From the NCBI RefSeq assembly GCF_008831285.2, contig NC_045138.2, forward strand, positions 38,378,001 through 38,442,000: a stretch of DNA of 64,000 nucleotides, read 5' to 3'. Origin of the DNA: Nymphaea colorata. Taxonomy: Eukaryota. Made by a program: the position numbers and the translations under genes. The first letter of the stretch is position 1, and each line of letters starts with the position of its first letter. Shown piece after piece: positions 35,375-47,902 of the stretch. The notes under the pieces are model-generated. The model did not search any database. It saw nothing but the letters and a program-made list of their open reading frames with translations, and was not told where the DNA came from.

Positions 35375-38300
35375 TTAGAATTTTTGGGTAGGGGCACGAT
35401 CATTTGGCTCGAGAATCCAGTTTCGCTCGGAACTACCATCGGATGCTGCCTTGGATATTCGGAGGATACAGCTGTGGTAGTTACGTAGAGTCGTCCTATG
35501 GCCGATGCTAACATATGTTATTCCAGCACCTTTAATTTCTCCATACAGATGGGCCTGTCGACGATAAATAGACATTGAACTGTTAGTACCTCATTATATG
35601 CAGTTACATGGGTTGGCAGACCAGGATGATGGCCGATGACCTGAAACTGCAAAAGGGAGCTCCCAAGGTAAATAACAGGAAAGGGGAAAGCTAAAAGAAG
35701 TTTTACCTCATTGGCTTCATCTAAGGCACTAGTTGACTCATCCAAAAAGACCAACTTTGGCTGTGCCAGCAGCAAACGAGCAAATGCCAGCCGCTGCTGC
35801 TCTCCAAGTGAAAGGACACTAGACCATTCAAAGATTGAATCAAGACCAAAACGTCCTACGATATCACCGAGGCGAACTCTCTGCAGGGCTGCTAGGATGT
35901 CCTTATCTGTGGGTTTGTCAACAGTTCTATAGGCATCCTGCCAGCTTGGAACCCTAGATAAGAAAGGCAGCGATCCTGCAAATCATGTCATGTGTGTAAG
36001 ATGATCGCAAGTAACTTTGTAATGATTCACCAACATGAGTTGAAAACACTGAATGCGCAAACTAGGCAGAAATACTACTTCATATGCTCAACAAATGCCA
36101 TTATCTTAACTCTTGTCAAGAAGATCTCAACCAGTTTGATTAGTTCCAGCTAAACTTTAGGGCTTAATAGAGTTGTTTCAAACTTCTGATTTTGACAACT
36201 TATGAACTGATTATTCTCAATTATCTTCTTGTATTGAAGGAACTTATGGACTCCAGTATCCTAGACATCCAGTATAATACATCTCCTTCCATCTGGACAC
36301 ATTATACTAAAGGAAGCTTCTTTTTTTTTCCTGGAAATTATGGGAAATAACAATTCACTCATAGGACTGGCAGAAAACTCTCCAATTTGATAAGCATGGT
36401 AATACTTACCAACTGATTGACTTTGATCCGTAGTTGAAATAGCCTCATCTCGCCATGTTGGATAAAGTAACTGCTGACGGAGAGTCCCTAGAACCATATA
36501 TGGTCTTTGTGGAAGGAAGAAAATATCCTGAAATCTTCTATTCCGAGAGCTTTCATATTCATTAATTACAGTATCTGCCACTCCATCCTCTAATGTCTTC
36601 CTCAATCCACCGGGAGCTGTTTCTGAAGAAACAGTCTCTTCAAGCTCCTTCAAATCTCCCAAATAGAATGTGATCTTGCCTTTTCCACTGCTCCAAAGAC
36701 CAGCCATCGCTCTCAAGAGAGAAGTTTTTCCACTTCCACTGGGACCCATGATCTACAAAATAGAATTAAATTCAGAGCACTTCCACATTTAAGCTACTCA
36801 ACTACAAGCAAGATGCATAACTAACCAGTAAATTATCTTTGTTGCAAATATCCAGGGACAATTCCTTAACAAGAGTAATGTTGCTCCTTGGTGTCCATAG
36901 AGTGAGATTCCTAATTTCCAGAAATTTTGGGTGATCATTTGAAGGCACAGATCCATTTTCTTCCATAGAAGAGTGGGTTATGTTACTATAGGTGAGAGCA
37001 ATCTCTTCCTTGGGGTCAGACAAACCTGGAGTACTTGAACCGTCTAGAACATCATCAAACTCACCTACGAATAAATCAATTCTCATGATCAAAATACTGT
37101 CAGATAAATTTAAATTAATCAACGATATGCAAATAAAAGATAATAAAATTTTCAGAAAATATGTGGTGAGTCCAAGAAATAAAAGTTAGATATAGATCGC
37201 TTTATGAATGGATGCTGTGAAGCTGTGAAGGTATCAGTTCCACCACTTTGTTTTTAGTTTTTTTTTTCCTTCTTTTTTGCATTCCTTGGTCTATGGGTAC
37301 TGCTACTATATGGCAAATGAAGTGTAACATTTTTTTGTTACCAAATCGACTTATATATTCTTACAAGAAAAAATTGATTTACCTAGTCGATCTATAACAG
37401 CTGAGAAGGCACTGATGGCCTGAAATTGGTACACAATAAGCGAAAAATCCCCAAGGATGTGATTGAAGGCAGATACTGATTGATTGATAACTCCAAATTC
37501 AATCTTTCCTGAGAAATACATAGGAGCAATGACAGCAGCAGGAAGAATTTGAATCAGATAGCGGTAACCATTCGTGAAGAACTCCAAATTTCGGGAAGCA
37601 ATCAATAATTGCTGCAGCATAATCCCAAATAAAAAACATTAGTGTCTTAATAAAGTAGAAGAGTACATCATTCAAACAATTATAGAAGTAACAGACAGAC
37701 CTAACGTGTCTTTTGTACATGATAGAAACACTAGCAAATCCCTAGCATTTATTTTTGACAAAAACCGTAGTGAGCAATTTGAAGCATAGGATTTCTTAAT
37801 AAGAAGATGTTGCTTAACAAAAATCAAAAGTTGCCTAAGCACTAAAAATTACACATGCATTTGAAGAGAGTATGTTCTAATTTGACATTAGCTGGTATAA
37901 ACTTTCTAGGCTCCAGCTGGGGAGAAAAAAGGAATTTCTTATAGTTTTTTTTTGGGTACATAACGTAGTTCCACAAAGAGTTCATGAAACTGGATGATGC
38001 ATAATTAGAATTTAGAGAAGGATAATGTTAGATGAAAGTCTGCTCATGACAATGCAAGACATATCAATTATACGATCAACTACAGTTTAATGCATAAGTT
38101 GCACACATTGTGAAAGAAACCTACTATACTAATTATTCATTACGTCAAAGGCACAGAAACAGAATAAATGTTCAAAGAAAAAGCTAGAGGAATAGGTTAA
38201 AGGAAGATACCATCAAAAGGATGTGTATCTTTTTTTCCATTCGTTCACCAGAATGTATCATTATGCCTCATTCACAACATAATGATGAACTGTAGAAACA

Positions 38301-41300
38301 CATTCTGTGAGATATGGCTAGATTGTCAGTTCCCTTTTTACCACAGTTTCTGTTTATCTTTTAGAACATTTAGAGGTATCAGGTAAATGTATCACCTAGT
38401 TCTGCTGTTACAATATAAATATCAGTTGCTACTAAATGAAGATTTGGTCATCATCATAAGAAATAAATGGACAAGTGAAACTCATAAGCCAACCCCATTA
38501 AGGCAGATAAGGTTTGATGATGATGAAGAATAATCTTTCTCAAAAATCGTGTTAAGTTTGTTTTATCTTTTCCTCTTCCTCTTTCGCTGCTACTTTCATT
38601 CAAATATACGCCGAGGAGAAAAAAAAATGAAAAGCTGAAATCACTTGTTGCAAGGATGACATAGGTATCAGGAACATGTAGAAAAAGTACATAACTGTTG
38701 GAACAGATCTTGATGAGTATGAGGCCAATTCAACATATAGAATATAGTTTTCTATTCTGTGCATTCATCTATTTCGGTGCACATGGACTCTCATTTTTCT
38801 TCCCGAACAGAAAGCTCATATTCTTCAATGGATATTGCTAAAAATGGAAATGCATCCTGAAGAAATAGGCAAACATTCCATAGATTTAAGATAGCTAGGT
38901 ATAATGGCAAAAAATTTCAAAGCAGTTTTGCCAATACTAGGCATTTTTGAATGACAATGCAAAAGGGAAAGGTGCAGTCTTTACAGTTAGGTTTTCGAAA
39001 GCTCTTCTAAAGCGATACAGCAGAAGTTGCATCTCATTTTCCTCGCCACCATAAAATGCAATAGATTCAGCATTTTCACGAACACGAACAAGCCCATAAC
39101 GGAAGTCAGCCTCCTTCTTCTCTTGCATGAAATTTAATGTAACTAGTCCCTGTCAGACATGATACTTCAAGTCAGTTCATGTGGTCCATCGGAAGAAGAA
39201 CGACTATTCAGAAAAAATCCAGCATAAACTTGAAGTATATCGTTCTAATCAAAATTATAGAAAAAGCAACATTCAAAGATGCCAAACATACCCTTCCTAG
39301 GAAGACGCTGATAGCAGTGCCACCAATTGAGTAAACAATCAGCACAACAAACAATGGCGGATAGATGCCAAAAAGAATGTTACTGAATGATATCAAATCT
39401 ACTGCAGCATTGAATAATGTCAAAGAAAATCCAAGCGCTGTCCCAGTAAAGGCACTGAGATCATCAACAATTCGCTGGTCTGGATTGTCGACAATTGACT
39501 GGGACTGGATTCTATAAAACATCCGATTCTTAAAATACCGTTCCATATAGTAGCTTGTCATCCAAGATCTCCACCTCAAACCAAGAATTTCCCTTGCATA
39601 ATCTCTTAAAACAAAGATCTGCAAAGCAAGAAGTCAAAATCACAGGTTTCACCTTAAAGCAAGAGTTTGGCTCACATAATCTCTTAAAAAAATGAAACGC
39701 AGAGCAAGAAATCAAAACTGCATATTTGAAAACAACATAGATCTGGATGTAGAATGTCATATATTTATATAGTTCCACATTGCACATAGAACCAGCATTG
39801 ATGCACGTCTTAGTTCACTAAACAGTGAGAAAAATCTTCTAGCAATAGTCCGCAATGCTAGGGAAAAAAGGCAAGTTCTATTTTGCCGTATACTGTACCT
39901 TGTAAAAATTTACGAGCTTCTTTTTCTTGAATGAAAAATAGAAACAACTAAATGAAAACTTTAGAAGTAGATCTACGGGCAACAAACTCATGGTAAAAAT
40001 TCACTCTAAAGAGGAGAAAACTTTCAGACATTCAATAATTTGTGTAACCATATTGGTCTTGCTATTTGTATATATGTCTTTCATCGTTGATATAGAACTT
40101 GCACTGCCAATCGTTGAATGAAAGTTAAAAGCGTGAAGTGAGTCTAGTTATCAAATCACATAAACTTTCCTTTTCACTGAACCACCAGCAACTTCACATC
40201 CAATGTCTCACTCCATCCATTAGGGAACACTCGCTATGCTGCCTGCCAGTCTCACAACGAACCAATACATGTTTTTCATAAAGACTTTTCATATGGCTTG
40301 GAGAGAAATACCTAAAAGAGTGCAGCAATATGCTCACCGGAATTCCTCCAGCAAAACCCCCCAGGTAGTAAAGTAGCTGCCTCATGAACTGTTCTTGGTC
40401 CTTGTCTTGCAAATCAGAAAAGGAAGAGCAATCAGCATTCATTGAAAGTAAATGTAACAATCGTTATGAAAGAAATGGAAACATTATAAGTTTTAAAACC
40501 ATGTGAACAATACAAACCAGATAAGGAGCATAAGAAATCAAGAGTTTACTTACTTGCAAGGGCATTATAGAAGTCCCTGCCTAAGAAATTGAATCCAACA
40601 CTTATTCCTGTTGTTCCAAGTGTTAGCAGGAAAACAGCAAGCAGCCTTAACCTTGCTTGAACTTTATCTTCAGAGAACCAATATGGAGCAGCTACCTTCC
40701 AAAATCTCCGCATTAGGGTTTTAAGGTCAGTCCTCTCCCGCTGTTCTTCCTGATGGAATTATGGTAAATGGTGACCACAGGTGCCAAAAAAAAAATGGTA
40801 GCCAGAAAGAGAACTGAGTTAGATAGCCATAATAGAGAAAAACTCTAGCAGAATCTTGTAGCCAAATAACAGACGAATGTAACAAATATATTTTCTCAAA
40901 AGTGACCAACTGAAAGTTCAAATTAAGTCAATCTGAATCAAAGAACACATATTTTTGAAAATATATGTTATTGCATTGGACAGTTGAAATGACGCAGTTG
41001 AAGCATATAGATAAAGGAGACTTCAAGCAAAGAGACCACGTCATATTTTATTTGGACAATCTCTAAACCTTTCCACATACATGTATATCAAAGGGAAAGT
41101 TTCTTGCACAAACCATGATGCTCATATCAAACTACATAATCACGCTATGCAGATCCACGATATATACAAATTATTAACCAGGAATATATTCATCTCTCTA
41201 GAAGTAATTTCGTCATACCAATGCGTATACCGATGCATAAGCTGATGTTTGGGACACCTGTCCTTGGTAGTAATCAAATTATTTATGAAAATTCATACCT

Positions 41301-41928
41301 CTTTTCCCTGACCAAACATGCCTGACTATCATAAGCTACATATACATGCATCCCTCCATAAAAGTTTATGGAGAAAGTAACCGGCAACAACTTGTAAAGG
41401 ATGTTGTAAAAGGGGAATCTCAATAACAAGTTTTGTTTCACCAGGATGCATGTTCTGCGATATCACGTCATCTCACGAATAGCTAGCGTATAATAAATAG
41501 AAAACTGTATAGCCATCCATTGTCTTTGAGTGGTTTGGCGCAGTACCTTCGGTAAAGCATCCTACGCTGTAAAAGTTATGTACTTTAACTACAAAGATGG
41601 ATACATAAGCAACGCTAAAGCCTAAAAGGCAAGAGAACCAACATGGCAAAATTTCATAAAACTACAAACACATAGATAGATAGAGAGAGAGCTTTACCTT
41701 GTCATCTGGTTGGGTTTGGATGATGGCAGCAGGCGACTTGATGCTCTTGGTAATGGAAAGCCTCCTCCTACGCAACGATGATGAGGATGAAGAAGGCATG
41801 GCGGATTTCGGTATACGGAGACGGATGGGCGAAGGCAGGGATGCAAAGGAAAAAGAGAGTGGAGAGCTCTTGCTCGGTCTTAAAGACGGACTGGACGGCA
41901 GGAGGGACACGGCGAGAGGTAGATCCAT
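35375..41928 (-). CDS. ABCD2: ABC transporter D family member 2 (half-size, plastid-type), 10 exons, ~748 aa
   Basis: Exons: 41928-41698, 40749-40554, 40405-40338, 39618-39292, 39149-38985, 37611-37383, 37064-36826, 36752-36410, 35975-35707, 35554-35375 (2247 nt). Ser/Arg/Pro-rich transit-peptide-like N-terminus; TMD with DNPDQRI and the EAA-like KEADFRYGLVRVRENAESIAFYGGE; Walker A GPSGSGKT; FLPQRPYM; signature LSLGEQQRLAFAR; Walker B VFLDESTSALD; H-loop SIGHR. Confidence 0.95.
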
Positions 41929-42369
41929 TTTCCTTTTTTTTTTCTTTAATTTTTCTTTTTCCTTTTTTCCTCTGCGCTGTCTCGGTAAGAGAGAGAAGGA
42001 AGGAGAGCTCAGGGAAGCACGCGCCTCATGTCTAACACTCCAAAGCTGGAGCTGTCCTTCAGAAACAGGATGAAGTGCGCGTAAGTAATTTACGTAAATA
42101 CCCTTCACAGTATCATAAAAAAAATTCAGTTTGTTCTCACATCAAAATCCGGCAGGAAAGCAAACCATATGTCTTGGCCAAATTTTCTCTGCAAATCAGT
42201 TTTTGCCACCCTTAAGAGTTGTGTACCAAAAGAATCTTTACACACGGGAACCATTCACTGGACAGGAAAAAGAAAAAATAACTATTTACCGGCAGGCGAA
42301 GTTCTGTACTGGGATACAGGGGATGTCGCAGCCCCCTCTCATGTTCGATCAAGCTACTTGCTTGTTCCA

Positions 42370-42720
42370 AGAAGATCAGAACAAGTGTCGAGTTGAAGAT
42401 CAGAACAAGTGTCGAGTTGACATGGCTTCACTCCTCAGTATAACTTTGGTGGAAGTAGATATCGATGAATTTCCTCGGAAAAGTAAAATGTTAACGAACA
42501 ATTGCCTGCAGATGACTAGGTGAATAGGCTTAAAGCCCCGAGTTAAGTAAGTCTTCAGTACAATAACCAAAGTGCTTGTTTGATCCAAGGGAGAAGAACA
42601 CTGTGTCACAGAATTTTGAGTTCGATTCCACCATTTCACCAGAGTGTTCCATTCTGCCATTCCATCAAAGAATTTCTAAAAGATATTCTCCAGGCCAAAA
42701 GGGACACAACTCTTGCCACA
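42370..42720 (-). mobile_element. Possible highly degenerate LINE (zf-RVT-like) remnant upstream of ABCD2
   Basis: Minus-strand peptide 'EWNTLVKWW...LFVNILLFRGNSSISTSTKVILRSEAMSTRHLF' loosely follows the plant LINE zf-RVT pattern (L-x-x-RG...C-x-x-C...E-x-x-x-HLF), but the cysteines are missing. Includes a 24-bp tandem duplication at 42371-42420. Confidence 0.25.
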
Positions 42721-43223
42721 CCGGAAACCCGCGCAGGTGGATGTTGGGCGCGGAGGGGAATGCAAATCAAGCGTTTCCAAAGTGTGCAACTCCTGCTGTA
42801 ACTGTAAGAACGAGTCACTCTTCTCTGTAAGAAAGAAAGAACAACTCCAAAAGAACTCAACATTTCAATTGTCCTTGAAGTAAAGTGTCGTGTCGTTTTC
42901 TGAGACGCCTTACCATGCAAGGGCTGGCTTTACTTGGCCATGTAACCTTCAAGCCACGATGGCCTCGGACCCTCGGTAATAACTCGGAAACACGAGACAC
43001 AGAGAGGGGGGAGAGAGAGAGAGAGAGATTGTGCGGGTGGTTTCCTGTAGTGGGGTGGGTGATAATGTAATTAGACAGGCTTATCAACTTTGCCTTGCTT
43101 TGCGGGTTGACTTTAGCCACGACGAATAATTCATGCAAAAATATATATATATATATATATATATAAAAGAAAAAAAGAACTGATAAAATGAAAATATAAA
43201 ATGAAAATATATAACAAAATACG

Positions 43224-43322
43224 AGAACAATAGGGTCCTAGGTAAGAGAGAGAGAGAGAGAGAGGGGGATAAGAACAATAGGGTCCTAGGTAAGAGAGAG
43301 AGAGAGAGAGGGATAAGAACAA
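43224..43322. repeat. Tandem duplication containing (GA)n
   Basis: 'agaacaatagggtcctaggta(ag)n ggata' occurs twice, followed by a third 'agaacaat'. Confidence 0.85.
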
Positions 43323-44357
43323 TCCACGTTAGCCCAACCGGCAACCCTCAATCCTAACTCATTAACTCCTCAATACCACCATTACGATTGTGCCCTCCTG
43401 AATCGAATTGAAAACGTGGGTTTACACACCACCTAGTTGCACCATCCATCATTTGATGGGAAAGAGAGATCCAAGCAACAGGACCGTGATGGAGCGATCA
43501 GACTAGGTTTGAGTCACAAACATCTATAGATTATAAAATTCCCATCATGAATCTGACCCCTTTGCATCTAAATCCATATTGGTTTCAAAGGACAAGTAAA
43601 AGTTTCCGGCGTCGAGCTAAGGCCGTCTTAAAAAGGAAATGGGAAAGGGGGGTTCCACATCCGATGACGTTCAAATTTGGGGATGCGGGAAGAAGTAGAA
43701 GGGCAAGAGGAACTCCCCAGCAGGCAGCAGCTGCATCTTCGAAAATTTTCAACCACAGCACAACTTGCTGTGGCTAGCAACCTTGTGTTGACTTGGGCTC
43801 CCAACGTATCATCAACACTTGCCAGCGACAAGGGATCAAGGGTACAAACAGGGTTGCCTTTTGTCAGTTGCGCAATCTGGATCCATCATATATTATCATA
43901 TTTAAACCTGTGTCCTTGGACGTTTTTCCAGGATTTAGAAGTCATATGTGGAAAGATTTCGACATACCCATGCTCATGACAAAGATGGAATGCCGGTTCG
44001 CTATTATAGTTTTGGTCCGATCAAGCCTCTTCCTAATCCTAATAAATGAAAGTTGCTTCGGAGTCACCGTAGATTCTTCGTTGGGTCATCGGTAGACTGT
44101 GCCGCTGAGGAACTTGCTTTGAAGTTCGAGCCAGAATAAAAATAAACCGGCCCAAGCCCGAACACAACCACTGGTACAAGGAATTTGGACCGGCGAAAAT
44201 CGGACGGCCGTTGGCCAATGCAAAATATCTGTAACTTCAAAAACTATTCCCATTTTAGGATGCCAGACCAGAGAGAGAGGGGGGGAGGAAGGAGAAGAAC
44301 AAAAACTACACTAGGAACAAAAAAAAAGCACATAATACATTACGAATGTGATAACCT

Positions 44358-47300
44358 CTAGCGGGCAAAATTTTGTTGAAGGGAGAGATTATAAATGAAT
44401 ATCCTCAAGAAAGCAAAAATTGAGAGGACTGTGCCTCCAAAAAGACATACTTTCAGAAGCTTTGATCGTCTTCTGGGGCTCCACCAAGTAAAGGATGACA
44501 CAGCAACTTCCATTATACAATCACCATCTAGTCGAACTACCTGTTCAAGATAAAAAGAAATAAATGGTTCAGCAATGATGTTGGGTACAATCAAATGAAA
44601 ATTTTTATCGTCAACATTCACATCTTGCGGAGCTCTCTTTTACAAGTATAAAACTTTAGGTTCCAATTCAAGGTTGCCAATACGGCAAAGCAGGAATGAA
44701 GCAGGAAGAAGTGGAAAATAAAAAATACTGTAGGCTAACCAAAAGCCAAAATAAGAAGCAAACACAGAGGGAACTAAAAAACACATTCTGTGAACAAAGA
44801 TAGCAGCGGAGAAGCACATTTTTAATCTGAAATTTTAAAATGAACGCTTCGCATCTCTAATTGGTTATGGATTGGACAATCTTTTTTCTTTTCAAGAAGA
44901 AACTTTTTTTCGAAAATCAGAAAACATATATGTAAAAAAAATTAAAAAGAAGAGAGCTCTTACAAATACTTAAAACTATTTTACAAGCTGACATGTGGCA
45001 CTTTTGAATTGCCCATTGCATTGTATTGATTTGCCATAATTCAATCCAATTCACTGTATTCAGGCTGATTCTGGTAACGTTAATCAACGTTCAACTATTA
45101 TGAATCTATGATAACTACCAGTCAACCATCAGTCCATCACTTGAACATAAAATAGAGCTCAAGCCTTCTCACTCAGAAAGAGGTCATGGCAAAAATCAAC
45201 AAAATGGTCGGGAACGAGAACAGGACTATTGGTTTATGTGCTCTGAAATGAAAAGAAACAGCAATTGTATAAGGTCATGTGGCATGATTGCATCTGTAAG
45301 AAAAAATAATAGTATCCTCCAAACCATATCGAGGATGAGAAAGTCTTGAGTGATACCGGCAAGACGTTGAGCAGAGCCAGGCCTGCAGATATGTGGAGAG
45401 TAAATGCTAGCAAATTTTCAAGTGCAGCTGGAAAATATCCATTAGAAAAGAAGAACCAGCGTGGCCGATATGCTGTTAGCTGAACAGATTTAGCAATGGA
45501 GAGAGCATTATCTTCAATTACAAAACTCCCCCCACAATTCCTTCTTTGCTCACCATAAAAGCACCCGAACTCATACGGAGTTGAATATCCAACCTCAAGC
45601 CATGTGGACCCAGGTACTTTCACACGACTAAGGCAGGATTCTCCCTGAAGAAAAGAAAAACTTTAATTTAAGAAATGACCAACTTTTTGTTGAAATACAA
45701 TCTCTACACAGAAATAGTTCAATCTCAACAATCAGGCATAATCTACTGAAGCAGATACTTTGAATCAAGAAGGCTGCCACTAACAAAAGGACAGCAAATG
45801 CATTTCCTAAATATCAAAACACAAAAAGGTTCTCTCTTTAAACAAAAATTATCATGAAAATGGAAGACAAGTACGTCTGTTCATTATTCGAAGCATCATA
45901 AAAATATGCACCTATATAATTCCATCTACAACCATATCTGGTTTCATTCAGCATGCTTCTGTGAATAAACATGTATTCATATTGCATACGTATAGGTATC
46001 TTCTGGGAATTGTGGTAAATCTAAAATCAGCATGGCAATCTTACCTCAGGACATGAACAGCTGTTGTTGCCTGTCTCAGGAGTTGGCCATCCATCCCCAC
46101 ATTTTTGGAGGCCCACAATATCTTTTGCAACCAAACAATACATGTCATCAACTCTTTGCCCAGTACTGTTTAGAGCATCAACTTTATGAAGAAAAGTGGA
46201 ATTTGGACATGGTTCAACCACAAAAGCTTTAAGCCCATCAGGACAACCAGATGTATCAGGTAAAGCTTGAAGGTTCCTGCTCTCCTCTAACCATGAAACA
46301 GGAACACAATAACCTTTCCCATTACCGGAGGAGAAAAAATTGTGTGTGTCCCCAGAGTATACAATATTTTCAACTGCTTTTGACTCTATTGAAGCCAATT
46401 TCGTCCTCCATTCTTTGGGGTCATTAATATTGATTCCATCCATGGAGACAATAACATCTCCATAACCTAATTTCTTGGAAAGTGGTGAAGTTGGAGAGAC
46501 ACTTAATACCTGCCAAGAAAGTGGTTACTACGGCAGTAAGCACGCACATAAAATAATTCAAAGGCAACAAACATTATTAAATAAATGCTTAATGGGAAAA
46601 ATGACAATACCATTGGATTGCTTCCATGAATATAGAGGGGGGATAGAAGTAATGGGAGGAAAAGCAGCATAAGCCAACAAGCTGCAGACAACTAAACATA
46701 TTTGAACAATTTGTTAGTTTTGACTAAAATGAGACAGTGTAAAAAGGAAAAAGAACAATGAAGTGAAAAGTGCACACTGCACAGCCTACAGAATATATTC
46801 CAGAACTCCAGACACATATGGCACACATCCTGGAAACACATTTTGTATAATGGTCTAAGAGATAGCCCACATCCAGGAAGCACATTCTCTCGATGTTCTC
46901 AAAAGGACAAGAGAGACATGAATATCTAGAAAGAACCAAATGAATGTAAAATAAGACTATAAAATGGCAACAACTATAAAATAAGACTGTAAGATGACAA
47001 CTATGCCAACAGACATTACATGCTGAGAGCTGTATTTTTAACAAAACCAATAGATTAAATATCATAACTTAAATGGAAGATAAATAATCCTATGAACCTA
47101 AATTTGCAGCAATAAAATTACAAAGTGAAAGCAGCTATTCAGCTCAGGCAGCCCATGTCTACTAACATGTTCTGTCTAATTTGTCTACCATATTAACATC
47201 CTCAAATCAAAAATCAACATAAGAATCAGATAGCTCACCACTGCATTATGCCATACACCAGCACAGTAAATTCGAAGGTTAGTACAGCGTGGTAGGCTCT

Positions 47301-47854
47301 GCAGCACTTCATTGTCAAAAGAAACCAAAGCCCCAGGAAATAATGTTGCAAGAAAGATTGCAACATATTCAATGCGCAAACCCTCACTGTTAGTGCACAT
47401 AATACCACCATTAGAATGTGCTTCCCAACAGGAAAGAAGAAATAAAGCCAGAAAGAATATTATTTTCCCCAGAATAAGATGGACAATTTTCATCAAACCG
47501 CTCAGCCTACGGCCAGAAACTATATTGCAGTAATTTCACCTTCAACAATTTATTCTTCTGGAGAAGGCACAGAACATCCAAACAATTTATGTCTTATGGC
47601 ACAACAACAACAGATTCAGAAATTCATTCAAACCCTATCTAAGTTTGCATTATCAAATGTCAAACTGAAGCAGATATATCCATGTTAGTCACTTGAGCCG
47701 ACAAAGTTTAAGTTGTCAGAGCCGATAGGCCCGATACGACCAAAGTAACTCACTTTATGGAAAAGAATTATGTAGTAGCAAATAAAAGATCCAAAACCAA
47801 GTTAGAGGAAGTTATTAAGAGCCCTGAATTTAACTCATGGAGGTAACCATCAAA

Positions 47855-47902
<48 letters not shown>

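Noticed and set aside
41699..42073. Plus-strand ORFs opposite ABCD2 exon 1 (also 55326-55700 opposite the last HUA1 exon)
   Set aside because: Antisense shadows of GC-rich coding exons.
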